Assembly: GCA_041750195.1 (NCBI GenBank)
Contig: JBGSZX010000063.1
Span: 35,131 to 99,130, forward strand
From: Bdellovibrionota bacterium
Lineage (GTDB): Bacteria > Bdellovibrionota > UBA2428
DNA length: 64,000 bases
Direction of reading: 5' to 3'
The notes under the pieces are model-generated. The model was not told the DNA's origin and ran no database searches. It was given only the letters and a program-made list of their open reading frames with translations. Shown here in pieces: positions 19,150-29,144 of the stretch. Positions within the stretch are counted from its first letter, which is position 1. Every line of letters starts with the position of its first letter. Both the position numbers and the translations under genes were made by a program.

Positions 19150-19362
19150 ATGACTTTCAAAACAAAAAGAATAAAAAAATTAAAAGGCCAGGCCCTTCTT
19201 GAGTATGTACTCTTGATGGCTGGCCTTTCTATCGTTGCGGCGGCCTTTGTTTCTTTTATGGGAGGCGTTGTTTTTAAGACAGGCTTTGAACAACTGCCGT
19301 CAAAAATGGCTCCATGCTTATCGCATCAAGCTGGATCAGGCGGAGGAGGCACATGTCAGTAA
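19150..19362 (+). CDS. Flp-like pilin
   Basis: KG/QALLEY plus hydrophobic helix. Confidence 0.8.
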   Translation: MTFKTKRIKKLKGQALLEYVLLMAGLSIVAAAFVSFMGGVVFKTGFEQLPSKMAPCLSHQAGSGGGGTCQ

Positions 19363-19649
19363 AAATAAATGCCGCAATAAATCCCGCAATAAATGGCTCA
19401 GACCAATTAGATAAACTCGGTAGTAAACAGGGCCAGACGGCTGTCGAGGTTATTTTAATGATTGCCTTTGTGGCGGGCATCATGACTTTTATTACTCCTA
19501 TCTTAGATACAAAAATTACAGAAGTTGTGGGCAAGGTCGTAGGCGCAGTTAACACCGTCGGTTGGACCGGAGGCTATGCACCAATTTCTCCGGAAAAGCC
19601 CCTGGCCGCACATTATGACGGCAGCAAAGCTGCCATGGGTACAAAATAA
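19353..19649 (+). CDS. Flp-like/minor pilin
   Basis: QG/QTAVEV plus hydrophobic helix; GGAGG SD upstream of the ATG at 19353. Confidence 0.75.
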   Translation: MSVKINAAINPAINGSDQLDKLGSKQGQTAVEVILMIAFVAGIMTFITPILDTKITEVVGKVVGAVNTVGWTGGYAPISPEKPLAAHYDGSKAAMGTK

Positions 19650-19674
19650 AGTAGGAAAGATTTCGATAAAAAAA

Positions 19675-20226
19675 ATGAAAACGCTCAGTAAAAAGAATCG
19701 GAATAAAAAGAAAGGCCAAGGGGTTATTGAATTCGCCTTTGTTTCATTTATCTTTCTAAATTTATTTTTATTAACTTTGAATGGCATTTTAGCTTTTAGC
19801 GTTCATCAATACATTTCATTTGCAACTTTTATGGCCGCCAGGGCTTATCAGGCTTCTGACTCTACTGTTCAAGATCAAAGTCAAAATGCACAGGATACCA
19901 TTAAGTCTTATTTCAACCTTCCTGGCATTCGAAAAGAAATGGCCAGAATAAAAAGTATAGAGATTCCCGATGGAAGCAGGCCAACAAAACATGGATATAA
20001 AGTGCCTGAGCCAGGCGCACAAATTCGAGTTGTGTTTGAAGTGCCGCTATTTCAGTTTCCACTGGGTCCTGCGAGTAGAGACTATGGCTGGATAACAATG
20101 GAAAGTATTAGCTATTTGGGGCGCGAGCCAACAGTCCGAGAATGCGGCACCTTCTTTGAGGCTTTCTGGAAATATTATGGGGGAGGGGGCGACACATGGA
20201 AAGGCATGGACGACAACAATTGTTAG
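19675..20226 (+). CDS. TadE-like pseudopilin
   Basis: KKG/QGVIEF, TM helix, FATFMAARAY TadE-type motif. Confidence 0.8.
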   Translation: MKTLSKKNRNKKKGQGVIEFAFVSFIFLNLFLLTLNGILAFSVHQYISFATFMAARAYQASDSTVQDQSQNAQDTIKSYFNLPGIRKEMARIKSIEIPDGSRPTKHGYKVPEPGAQIRVVFEVPLFQFPLGPASRDYGWITMESISYLGREPTVRECGTFFEAFWKYYGGGGDTWKGMDDNNC

Positions 20227-20699
20227 CGCCTCAGTTTTCAAAAAAAAGTTTGTCGAAAAAATGGCAACGCAAAAAAGGCCAGTCCCTTGTTGAGCTTTTG
20301 CCTGCCATCGTTCTTTTTTTTACGGTCCTCGTAGGAGCCTTTTCCTATTTCAAAGTCATGCGCTCTGCCGTTGTAAGACAAGAAGTTGTGCGAAACATGG
20401 CCTTTGCGGCCATTGGAAATATGGGTAGTTTGACGACTCCGCCCGATCAACTAAGTTCCGCTAAAGGAGATCCCTTGGAATCTGGCCCCTCACTTAGGGG
20501 CTTAGGGGGCGAAAGATTTATTTCGAGTAGCAACCAGGTTTTTGTTGGGGGGGCAACGCGCTGCTTTAGGTTGTATCCTAGGGACACCACCATTTCATTG
20601 TCGACTCCGCTGCCTTCATTCTTCCAGGACAGCCCTCCGCAGGTCCAATTTTCGACCTATGCTGTTGTGCAGCGACTACCGGACGGAGACTGCAACTAA
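20196..20699 (+). CDS. TadE-like pseudopilin (start uncertain)
   Basis: KKG/QSLVEL plus TM helix. Confidence 0.75.
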   Translation: MERHGRQQLLAPQFSKKSLSKKWQRKKGQSLVELLPAIVLFFTVLVGAFSYFKVMRSAVVRQEVVRNMAFAAIGNMGSLTTPPDQLSSAKGDPLESGPSLRGLGGERFISSSNQVFVGGATRCFRLYPRDTTISLSTPLPSFFQDSPPQVQFSTYAVVQRLPDGDCN

Positions 20700-20703
20700 A
20701 GCG

Positions 20704-20731
20704 TTAAGATTTCAATAACTTTTTCCGATAG
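20704..20731 (+). promoter_or_regulatory. Second sigma28-like promoter, upstream of cpaB
   Basis: TTAAG-N15-TCCGATAG, same spacing as the site at 18846. Confidence 0.5.
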
Positions 20732-20754
20732 GAAACATTGGAGACCGATGATTT

Positions 20755-21651
20755 ATGAACCAGTCTAAAGCATTTTTGATTAGCTTCTTTGCGGCCGCTG
20801 TAGCCATGCTTCTTGTGTTTGTTTACATCAACAACGTAAAAAAAGAAGTAACCGCTCAGTATGGTACAGAAGTTGTCGTGGTTACGGCATCTCGAGATAT
20901 CAATGAGCTTGAAGAGATTCAGGCAGATATGCTCACAACAACCACTATTCCAAAAAACTTTGCCCAACCTGATTCTCATGGAGACATTAAAACATTTGAA
21001 GGTTCTGTGGCCGCTTCTCCCATTAAGCTTGGGGAACAAGTCTTGTTGACCAAGGTTCTCTTAAAGGGAGCCCATACTGGAATTTCTTCACAGGTTGCGA
21101 TTCATCATCGAGCCATTTCTATTCCTGTTAACAATGTCACTGGCGTGACTCGCCTTTTGCGGCCGGGTGATCGTGTTGATATCATCGCTAACGTAGAATA
21201 TCCTTCGCCAGATGGAGTCCAAAAAGAAGTTAAGACTTTGCTCCAAAACGTTCATGTCTTAGCTGTTGGTGAACAAATCCAAAATAATATTCCAGAGGCA
21301 TTTCAAATTGATCCTGTGTCGGGAAACCGAAAGGCCATTAATTTAAAAGGCGATCGAACTTATAATACGGTTACTATCGAAGTGAGTCCTCCCGATGCGC
21401 AAAAAACAATTTTTGTTATTGAGTCAGGAGCGCAACTTTTTCTAACGTTAAGAAATCCAGTAGACCGCTTGGTGTCCTCTGTTCCGACGACAACTGTCGA
21501 TGAAGTACTTGGGGATAACTCTAGAAAAGCTGCTCTAGAAGCTGCAAAAAATAGAATTCCAGCAGCAAGACCAGTTCCAAAGCCCGCTCCCGTGAAAGTA
21601 ATTCCAAAAACTTCTGCGTTTGGCAAAGGGGGAATTCCAATTGCGAACTAA
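20755..21651 (+). CDS. cpaB: Flp pilus assembly protein CpaB/RcpC
   Basis: SAF-like VVVTASRDI; RAISIPV..VTGV..LLRPGDRVDII; LLQNVHVLAV; VTIEVSP. Confidence 0.92.
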   Translation: MNQSKAFLISFFAAAVAMLLVFVYINNVKKEVTAQYGTEVVVVTASRDINELEEIQADMLTTTTIPKNFAQPDSHGDIKTFEGSVAASPIKLGEQVLLTKVLLKGAHTGISSQVAIHHRAISIPVNNVTGVTRLLRPGDRVDIIANVEYPSPDGVQKEVKTLLQNVHVLAVGEQIQNNIPEAFQIDPVSGNRKAINLKGDRTYNTVTIEVSPPDAQKTIFVIESGAQLFLTLRNPVDRLVSSVPTTTVDEVLGDNSRKAALEAAKNRIPAARPVPKPAPVKVIPKTSAFGKGGIPIAN

Positions 21652-23347
21652 TCAATTTTTTCTAGCAGGACTATTTTTTTTATTTGCAGTCTCTGCGACT
21701 GCGCAGAACGCGGCAAAGCCAGATCCTATTATTATAGATAGCGAAGAGACAGATTTTCTTGGTGGTATCGCAAACACCACTTTGGACCGTTTAACACAAG
21801 AACAGCTCAAAAAAGGTGTCATGAAGCCTTTGTATGGTATCGAAGATATTTTTTTTACACCGGGTTCAGAGTCAATCATCGACGTGACTCAGTATGGCCC
21901 CACTTGTTTGCAGGCATTCCCAGGAGGAATCATTTCTTCTGATGATCCCCCGCGTAAGGCAGGAGATCCACCCAGTGCGAGATCCATCAAAGCAGGAAAT
22001 ACTCTAGGTTCGGCCCAACTTGTAGTTACGCGAGATACCACGGGGAAGGGAAATTGTGCGGTCGAACATGGTGAAATTCTAAAAGTGTTTCGATTTACTG
22101 TGACATCAAGGGATATATTTAAAGCATTGCAAGAGCTAAACGCCTTGGTGGGCAGTGTAGAGGGGCTCGAAATCCGAGTTGTTGGTGATCGCATTGTCTT
22201 AGATGGCAAAATTGTTGTTCCTTCTGAATTGGATCGTCTGCAAACAGTGGTAAAAAATTTCAATGCAGGAAAACCCGACAACGCCAAGATTGATATCTTG
22301 AGTCTCTATGAAATGTCGCCCTTAGCTTTTAAGCTCATAGCGGACAAAATGGAAGAAGAAATCGCAGGGGGTCCTGATCGACCAAGAGATATTACTGTTC
22401 GTGCGCTCAATGGCAGATTCTTTTTAGAGGGATCGGTAGACCAGCGCTCTGATAGGCAACGAGCCTTAAAAGTTTGTAGAGCTTATTTGCAGCAACGGTT
22501 GATTCGAGAAGTTGAGGGAATCTTAAAGCCCGCTGATACAGATCAAGGTGATGACCCTACGGCTCTAAAAATGTGTAACAATTCTATTTGGATTCGGCAG
22601 GGTCAACCTAAAGAGCCGTATCCCGTTATCTCTATTCGGGCAGATTTTGTAACGATGAATCGAGACTACTTTAAGGAGTTTGAATTTTTTTGGAGACCCA
22701 CATTGGCGGCTGAAGGGGATGTGAATTATCGTTCAGATCTGGGACAGTTTACCACTGGTTTCTTGGGAACAATAAGAAGACTGTTTCCGGTTCTAAGAAA
22801 AGCAGCAAATCATGGATACGGGAGAGTTCTAAAATCAGCAACTGTTATTTTGGTCGACAATCCTGATGCAAGTGGAAAGCCACCATCGGCAAAAATTTCT
22901 GAAACACTTAAAATTCCATTTGTTAGCGGCCAAACCGAAAATGGCCAGCCGACCTTTTCGGAATCTCAAATTACGACAACATTGAACGTGCTTGCTAAGA
23001 CGGTTCCTGGCTCCGATAAAATTGAAATGAGTGTCGTCGCCGAGTTAACTCAAAACTTAGGCGGCACTCCTGCAAAAACACTTAGCAATACGGTCGACAC
23101 GAGTCTTGTCGTTACTAATGGAGAGAGCGCTGCTTTGGGCGGCATTATTGGAGATTCAAAATCGGTGAGATACGATCGCTCACCTGGTTCGCAAAAAGAC
23201 GGAAACTTTGAAATCTTTGGCCTCGGCCGAGGACATTCTATGGAAGATACAAAAAGCCAATTTTTGGTTTTTATCACACCTGTTAAAATGAAAAATCCAG
23301 GTCAAGGCACCACTGAATTGAAAAGAAAGTTTAGGTTGAGAAAATAA
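21620..23347 (+). CDS. Tad secretin-like protein (CpaC/RcpA type) with BON-like domains; true start possibly 21641
   Basis: Signal peptide, IVLDGKI and FFLEGSV BON-like segments, C-terminal GESAALGGII...FLVFITP secretin motif; position between cpaB and the ATPase. Confidence 0.75.
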   Translation: MAKGEFQLRTNQFFLAGLFFLFAVSATAQNAAKPDPIIIDSEETDFLGGIANTTLDRLTQEQLKKGVMKPLYGIEDIFFTPGSESIIDVTQYGPTCLQAFPGGIISSDDPPRKAGDPPSARSIKAGNTLGSAQLVVTRDTTGKGNCAVEHGEILKVFRFTVTSRDIFKALQELNALVGSVEGLEIRVVGDRIVLDGKIVVPSELDRLQTVVKNFNAGKPDNAKIDILSLYEMSPLAFKLIADKMEEEIAGGPDRPRDITVRALNGRFFLEGSVDQRSDRQRALKVCRAYLQQRLIREVEGILKPADTDQGDDPTALKMCNNSIWIRQGQPKEPYPVISIRADFVTMNRDYFKEFEFFWRPTLAAEGDVNYRSDLGQFTTGFLGTIRRLFPVLRKAANHGYGRVLKSATVILVDNPDASGKPPSAKISETLKIPFVSGQTENGQPTFSESQITTTLNVLAKTVPGSDKIEMSVVAELTQNLGGTPAKTLSNTVDTSLVVTNGESAALGGIIGDSKSVRYDRSPGSQKDGNFEIFGLGRGHSMEDTKSQFLVFITPVKMKNPGQGTTELKRKFRLRK

Positions 23348-23348
23348 A

Positions 23349-25565
23349 ATGAGTCAGTCTAGACCTGTGGGAGCTTCTGGAACCCGAGCAGACATCACTC
23401 AGATGGCGTCTAGCACGGGATTTATTGTGGCTGTTATTGGCGGAAAAGGTGGCATTGGAAAATCGGTCTTTGCTGCGAATTTAGCTGTGGCGATGGCCAT
23501 GGATTCAAAAAAAGGTCCGTTGATAATGGACTGTGATCCAAATTCCTCTGGCGATATCAATCTTATTTTAGGGGTTAAGCAACCTAAGGCTTATGGCGAT
23601 TTGATTCTAGAAGGTAAAGTTCCTGATTCTAGACGATTGCTTGCCATGGTGAGTCCGGTGAACACCGGAAATCCTCAGACGCCTTTGTATGCTTTGCAAA
23701 TGCTCTCTAATCCTGAAGCTCTTCTGAATATTGATACCGAAAAATTTGATTTAGCGCTGAATCTTATTCAAAAAACTTTTCCTATAACCATAATAGATTG
23801 TGGAAATGATTTAACTGAAGGCACCATGAAGATTCTGGATCATGCCACCTTAATATTAGTGCCAACAAATCCTGATATTCTTGTTCTCAACCAGACACGA
23901 AAACTCATTGATAAAATTCAAAGCAATTTATTTCCACAAGAAATTACAAAAATTATTGTAAATAGATTTCCGGCTAATAGTATGTACAATCCAAAATTTA
24001 TTGAGCAAAGTCTCAAAAGACAGGTCTTTGGGGTGATTCCCGAAGATCCAGCTAGTGCCTCATCTGCCTTAGCAAAAGGAGCTCCTTACGTATTGATGTC
24101 TCCAGGATCGGCAGCATCGAAAGCGGTCGCAACATTGAGCCGATTCATTGTTGATCGTAGAGTTTTGGAGCAACTTGCTAGAACTCAAAAGCCAACACGG
24201 TCCAAGCCAGTAGCTGAGGCACCTAGCGCGGACAAAGATGGAAATGTTATTCCTTTAAATAAGGACATCGGAAAAGGCGTGAGCGATCCTCGTAGTGCTT
24301 TTAAGCTGCGAGTCCACGCACAGCTTGTCGAAAAAATGGATTTAAAAAAGGAAGAGTTAGATAGAAATCTTTCGGAAGAAAAAAAATTAGAACTACGATC
24401 CAAGGCTCAGTCAATAGTTGCGGAAGTTCTGAACAACGAAACGCATCCTTGGAAAGCCCGAGAAGAGAGTGCTCAGTTAATGAAAGAAATCCTAGATGAG
24501 GCTTTGGCCTTGGGCCCCTTAGAAGATTATTTAGCAGATAAAGACATTTCTGAAATTATGGTTTGTCGGGCCGATCTCACTTACATCGAGAAGAATGGGC
24601 GCATTCAAAAAGCCAAAACAAATTTTTCGAGCAATGTTCAACTTCGACAAGTCATTGAGCGAATTGTAAACCCCATTGGAAGACGTATCGACGAAAAAAG
24701 TCCTTATGTCGATGCGCGACTTGCAGATGGCTCGCGTGTTCATGCGATCATTCCTCCGTTAGCTATTGATGGCCCGATGCTTACAATTCGTAAGTTTCCA
24801 AGCAAAAGATTGGGCCCCGAAGATCTCATTAAATTTGGATCGATGAGCCCAGAAATGTCAGCCTTTTTACGAGCTGCTGTTGAGACTCATTCTAATATTC
24901 TCATTAGCGGTGGTACGGGTTCTGGTAAAACAACTTTACTCAACGTGATGTCTAGCTTTATTCCGGCCAATGAAAGAATTTTAACGGTAGAAGATTCGGC
25001 TGAACTTCAAATGCAACAGGAACATGTGGGACGATTAGAATCTCGTCCTGCTAACATAGAGGGCACGGGTGCTGTGAGCATTCGAGATCTTGTGAAGCAG
25101 ACTCTGCGCATGAGGCCTGACCGAATTGTTATTGGTGAGGTGCGCGGCGGAGAAGCCTTGGATATGTTGCAAGCTATGAATACGGGTCATGATGGCTCGA
25201 TGGCTACGGTTCACTCGAACAATCCACGAGATGCGATGGCGAGGCTTGAAACTCTGGTCATGATGGCTGGCATGGATTTACCGGTCGAAGCTATTCGACA
25301 ACAAATCGCGGGAGCCGTTCATTTGGTCGTGCAGCAGTCTCGACTTTCGGATGGGTCTCGGAAAGTCACTCATATTACAGAAATTACGGGAATGCAGGGT
25401 GATGTGATTACCATGCAAGATATTTTTATTTTTAAAAAAGAAGGCATCGACAAAAATCGAAAAGTGATTGGACGCCACATGGCGACTGGATTTATGCCTA
25501 AGATGGTTGAAAAAATGGAAGCGTTGGGCATCAAGCTACCCAAGGGGATCTTTAAAGCAGCATGA
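23349..25565 (+). CDS. tadA: Fused CpaE(TadZ, MinD/ParA-like)-CpaF(TadA) pilus assembly ATPase
   Basis: N-terminal deviant Walker A GGKGGIGKS; C-terminal GGTGSGKTT, LRMRPDRIVIGEVRG, AMNTGHDGSMATVH. Confidence 0.93.
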   Translation: MSQSRPVGASGTRADITQMASSTGFIVAVIGGKGGIGKSVFAANLAVAMAMDSKKGPLIMDCDPNSSGDINLILGVKQPKAYGDLILEGKVPDSRRLLAMVSPVNTGNPQTPLYALQMLSNPEALLNIDTEKFDLALNLIQKTFPITIIDCGNDLTEGTMKILDHATLILVPTNPDILVLNQTRKLIDKIQSNLFPQEITKIIVNRFPANSMYNPKFIEQSLKRQVFGVIPEDPASASSALAKGAPYVLMSPGSAASKAVATLSRFIVDRRVLEQLARTQKPTRSKPVAEAPSADKDGNVIPLNKDIGKGVSDPRSAFKLRVHAQLVEKMDLKKEELDRNLSEEKKLELRSKAQSIVAEVLNNETHPWKAREESAQLMKEILDEALALGPLEDYLADKDISEIMVCRADLTYIEKNGRIQKAKTNFSSNVQLRQVIERIVNPIGRRIDEKSPYVDARLADGSRVHAIIPPLAIDGPMLTIRKFPSKRLGPEDLIKFGSMSPEMSAFLRAAVETHSNILISGGTGSGKTTLLNVMSSFIPANERILTVEDSAELQMQQEHVGRLESRPANIEGTGAVSIRDLVKQTLRMRPDRIVIGEVRGGEALDMLQAMNTGHDGSMATVHSNNPRDAMARLETLVMMAGMDLPVEAIRQQIAGAVHLVVQQSRLSDGSRKVTHITEITGMQGDVITMQDIFIFKKEGIDKNRKVIGRHMATGFMPKMVEKMEALGIKLPKGIFKAA

Positions 25566-26452
25566 GCCAGATTGTCTCTACCTTTAATCCGCTCGCCGTG
25601 AGCATGGTTAGTGGATTTTTGTTTTTTCTTGCCATTTATTTTTCATTTGAAAAGTTATACCAAAACGTGTGGTCAAAACTAAAGGTAACAAGCAAGCTCA
25701 CCTACGATGTTTACCAGGACATGTTCTATATCAAAAAAACTGAAAAGGGCGTGATCATTCAGCAGTGTATGATTTCAGGTGGATTGGCCGTGCTGGCACT
25801 TTACATGTTTTCTGGATCTCCGATTTTTGCATTGGTGACGGCCGTACTTATTTTTTTTGGAACATGGAAACTTCCGCTAATTTATTTAGAAAAAGTAGTT
25901 AGGCCAAGCAGGACCAAAACATTTTCGGATCAGATGATTGATGGGTTGACTCTGATGGGCAATGCTATGAAATCCGGAATGAACCTTTCGCAGGCCTTCA
26001 AGATATGTGTTGATGAAATGGATGGTCCTCTGGCGCAGGAATTCGGTTTGATTCTAGATAAAAATCGCATTGGTCAAAGCATTGAAGAGGGCTTAGAGGA
26101 TTTGGCTGGAAGATTGCCTTCTGAAGATGTCGTGATGTTCTCGACTAGTGTCAATATTTTGAAAGAAACGGGCGGAAACATGACCGAAACTTTTGGAACG
26201 ATCACCAAGACCATTCGAGAGCGGATCAAGCTTCAAAATAAAATTGATGCTTTGACGGCTCAGGGAATGACTTCTGCCGTTGTTGTTTCGGCCTTGCCAT
26301 GGGCGTTGCTAGGAATTTTATATTTGATCGATCCAAATTTGATGAGGCCCATGCTTGTGACGATTCCTGGATGGATCATTTTATCGATGGTACTTTTTTT
26401 GGAAGGTGTTGGATTTTTTGTGATCAAGAAATTGGTAACCATTAGGGTATAG
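25562..26452 (+). CDS. tadB: TadB (T2SSF-family) inner-membrane platform protein
   Basis: QMIDGL..M...MKSG, ETGGNM, ALTAQG motifs and several TM helices. Confidence 0.9.
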   Translation: MSQIVSTFNPLAVSMVSGFLFFLAIYFSFEKLYQNVWSKLKVTSKLTYDVYQDMFYIKKTEKGVIIQQCMISGGLAVLALYMFSGSPIFALVTAVLIFFGTWKLPLIYLEKVVRPSRTKTFSDQMIDGLTLMGNAMKSGMNLSQAFKICVDEMDGPLAQEFGLILDKNRIGQSIEEGLEDLAGRLPSEDVVMFSTSVNILKETGGNMTETFGTITKTIRERIKLQNKIDALTAQGMTSAVVVSALPWALLGILYLIDPNLMRPMLVTIPGWIILSMVLFLEGVGFFVIKKLVTIRV

Positions 26453-26578
26453 TTCTGGACATGGTGCGCCGCAATATTTTTCAAACATACGAAGATTGAA
26501 TATGGCATGTGAAGTTATTGACGCTGCCATGGAGTCTTTTACTGGTAACATCAAGGAAGTTGTTGGAGGTCTTTTAAT

Positions 26579-28174
26579 ATGGGGAATCGTATTTTTGGTG
26601 TCTTGATCGCGTGGGGCGTGTTTCTAATGACGGCTCCTGCAAGTGCTGGAGTAAACGTCAATAATGGAAATTTCTATGTAGCAAATACGGATTTCTTTTT
26701 GCAGACTTCTGGGCTGAACATTGAAATTGCTCGCACTTATAATAGTCGTTCGAGTTACGTCAATGGATATTTTGGAATTGGGTGGTCTTCAGAGATTGAG
26801 GGCCGTTTAGATGTTGGCGCTAAAAAAATAGATTTTTATGAAGGTGGCGGTGGAAATATTGTTAGCTTCACTAAGTCTAAAGATGGTAGCTGGAATAATT
26901 CTCTTTATGGTCATCAAAGCATTAGCAAAAATAAAAATGGAAATTACTATTTAACGACCGCAATTGGCAAAATTTTTGGATTTAATGCTCAGGGGCAAAT
27001 GATCAGCCTTGCGGATTCAAATGGAAATCTTATCTCAATTAATTATAAAGATGGATTGGTCAGCCTTCTCCAAGACAACTTTAATAATCAGGTTAAATTT
27101 ACTTGGAAAAAGTTTGGTGCAAGACCACGAATTGTTCGCATCGAAAGAGACGCACTTAAGGTGTCTTACAATTACTCTCCCATCGGAAACCTGACCAAAG
27201 CGGTGGGTGTCGATGCTGTTCCTTATAATTATGAATACGATGAAGAACATAACTTAACAAAAATTACCTATGCCAACGGTGATTTCAAAAAAATGAATTA
27301 TGACAAAGCTCGTGACTGGATCACGCAATTCCGTGATCGCACAGGGATGGTGACAGCGTATGATTATTTCGCGGATAGCCTTGATCCAGAAAACAAATTT
27401 GGAACCATTGTTTCTAGGTCTCAAGAGGGATCAAAAAACAGCGAGTTCTCCAAATTTTGGTATGAATTCCGAAAGCGCGCTGACGGAAGTAAGTTTAATT
27501 ATAGAAGTGTCACTTCTATAAATGGCGTTGTTACCGAAACACTTTTTACGGAATGCTGTGGAACTCCCTTGGTTGTTTCTCAGTGGCCAGACAAGGTAAA
27601 AGGAATTTCCAAGCAAAAATTGGATTGGACTGTTGCTCAGTCCAACAAGACCTCAACATATTTTGAATATTATGGAGACGGACTGTTGAAAAAGAAGACT
27701 TCAGCGAACGGCACTGTTACGGCTCTAACTTACGATCCAAAACACAAAAAAGTTGCGAGTGTTCAAAAGGGAAGCCGGAAAATTTCTTATGGCTATGATG
27801 TCAATGGCAATTTAAAAACAGCTTATGATCATTCTGAAAATAGGAATCTTGCCTTGGCCTATGACAAGGATGGACGCATTACAGTTGTCAATGAGTCCGT
27901 AAAAGCAGGTAAAGCTGTTGCGTCGAGACAGGTCTTTTTTAGATATGATGGAAATGGACGCCCTATAGAGATTAAAGAAAAGACCAAAAAAGGTGAAGGC
28001 GTTATTCAAATGAAATATGCTGCCAATGGTGAAGTCATTGGAGTCTACAATGCTAAAGGACGAGAAATTGCTTCAGAAAAAGATATGGAAACAGCGCGAG
28101 CTGTCACCAATACTTTTCAAAACTTGTTAGAAATTGTACAGCCCGCTGGGGTGACCTTGGGGCCGGAGGGTTGA
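26579..28174 (+). CDS. Secreted YD/RHS-repeat protein (Bd0109-like) without toxin tip
   Basis: Signal peptide; GVNVNNGNF...RTYNSR...FGIGW (DUF6531-like); many YD repeats; TECCGTPL; no DPxG core end. Confidence 0.8.
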   Translation: MGNRIFGVLIAWGVFLMTAPASAGVNVNNGNFYVANTDFFLQTSGLNIEIARTYNSRSSYVNGYFGIGWSSEIEGRLDVGAKKIDFYEGGGGNIVSFTKSKDGSWNNSLYGHQSISKNKNGNYYLTTAIGKIFGFNAQGQMISLADSNGNLISINYKDGLVSLLQDNFNNQVKFTWKKFGARPRIVRIERDALKVSYNYSPIGNLTKAVGVDAVPYNYEYDEEHNLTKITYANGDFKKMNYDKARDWITQFRDRTGMVTAYDYFADSLDPENKFGTIVSRSQEGSKNSEFSKFWYEFRKRADGSKFNYRSVTSINGVVTETLFTECCGTPLVVSQWPDKVKGISKQKLDWTVAQSNKTSTYFEYYGDGLLKKKTSANGTVTALTYDPKHKKVASVQKGSRKISYGYDVNGNLKTAYDHSENRNLALAYDKDGRITVVNESVKAGKAVASRQVFFRYDGNGRPIEIKEKTKKGEGVIQMKYAANGEVIGVYNAKGREIASEKDMETARAVTNTFQNLLEIVQPAGVTLGPEG

Positions 28175-28178
28175 TAAG

Positions 28179-28511
28179 ATGAAAAAGTTCATTTTGTTTA
28201 TTGCGGTTGTAAGTTCAGGATCACTATTGGCACAAACTAATTTTTCGGGCGGGATGTCGTACAACGGCGGAGGTGGAGGCGGAATGCCCCAGGGCTATGC
28301 TGGAGCTGGTGGATATCAAATGCCACAAGGTTCGCTCGCTGCCGTTCAGCCGGGAGCGATTCAGGTCCCTCCTCGAGGCGTTGGTGAGCAGCAAGCCTAT
28401 GCGATGACCCCAAGTATGGGGTGTGGTCCTCGTGGCAGCTATTCTGGAATTGAAGGACCCATTCGTGGTGGCGTTGCTATAGATCCGTCTGGACAAGATC
28501 AGCATAGATAG
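28179..28511 (+). CDS. Small secreted Gly/Pro/Gln-rich, probably disordered protein (positional Bd0108/Hit analogue)
   Basis: Signal peptide MKKFILF...SLLA, low-complexity mature part, 4 nt after the RHS stop. Confidence 0.7.
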   Translation: MKKFILFIAVVSSGSLLAQTNFSGGMSYNGGGGGGMPQGYAGAGGYQMPQGSLAAVQPGAIQVPPRGVGEQQAYAMTPSMGCGPRGSYSGIEGPIRGGVAIDPSGQDQHR

Positions 28512-28540
28512 TTTCTCGTTAGCCTGTTAAGCCCTATCCC

Positions 28541-29125
28541 ATGAGAATTACCGGTGGACGATGTGGGGGCCGGCGCTTGGATGCGCCAAAGGGAATCAAT
28601 ACTCGTCCCACGAGCGACTCCCACAGAGAAGCACTTTTTAATATTGTCGATAATGGTCTGGGGCATAGCTACCCCCATGTCCTAGATTTGTTTTCTGGCT
28701 CCGGGGCCCTTCTTGCTGAGGCACTTTCTCGTGAGGCCAATTTTGCTGTCGCTTTTGAAAAAGATCGCGAGGCGGCTAAGTGTATCCAAAAAAATATTGA
28801 AGCTCTTCGAAATGAAATCGATTTTGAATTTATTCAACTTCATGAAGCTAAAATTGAACGATGGCCCGAGGCGCTAGCTAAAATTTTACCCGACGATTTT
28901 AAGGGATTTGATTTAGTACTTTGTGATCCTCCCTATAGTCGGGGATTGGGCGAAAGAGCCTTGCGAGCATTGTTGAGCTCAGAAGGTATCGTTGCCGATA
29001 CGGCAATTGTCTATCTCGAGGCCGCGAAAGAAGATCCTGTTCCCGGGTTCCTTCACTGGGAACTTGTTAAAGAACGGCAGAAGGGCGTTAGTCGGCAGCT
29101 TTTTTATCGTAGATTGAAGGCGTGA
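28541..29125 (+). CDS. rsmD: 16S rRNA m2G966 methyltransferase RsmD
   Basis: MRITGG, RPTSD..REALFN, LDLFSGSG, DPPY. Confidence 0.93.
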   Translation: MRITGGRCGGRRLDAPKGINTRPTSDSHREALFNIVDNGLGHSYPHVLDLFSGSGALLAEALSREANFAVAFEKDREAAKCIQKNIEALRNEIDFEFIQLHEAKIERWPEALAKILPDDFKGFDLVLCDPPYSRGLGERALRALLSSEGIVADTAIVYLEAAKEDPVPGFLHWELVKERQKGVSRQLFYRRLKA

Positions 29126-29144
29126 ATATGCTACGCTCACTTTT

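Noticed and set aside
26579-28511. RHS toxin-immunity pair
   Set aside because: No RHS core end (DPxG) or toxin tip; the downstream protein is secreted and low-complexity, unlike typical immunity proteins.
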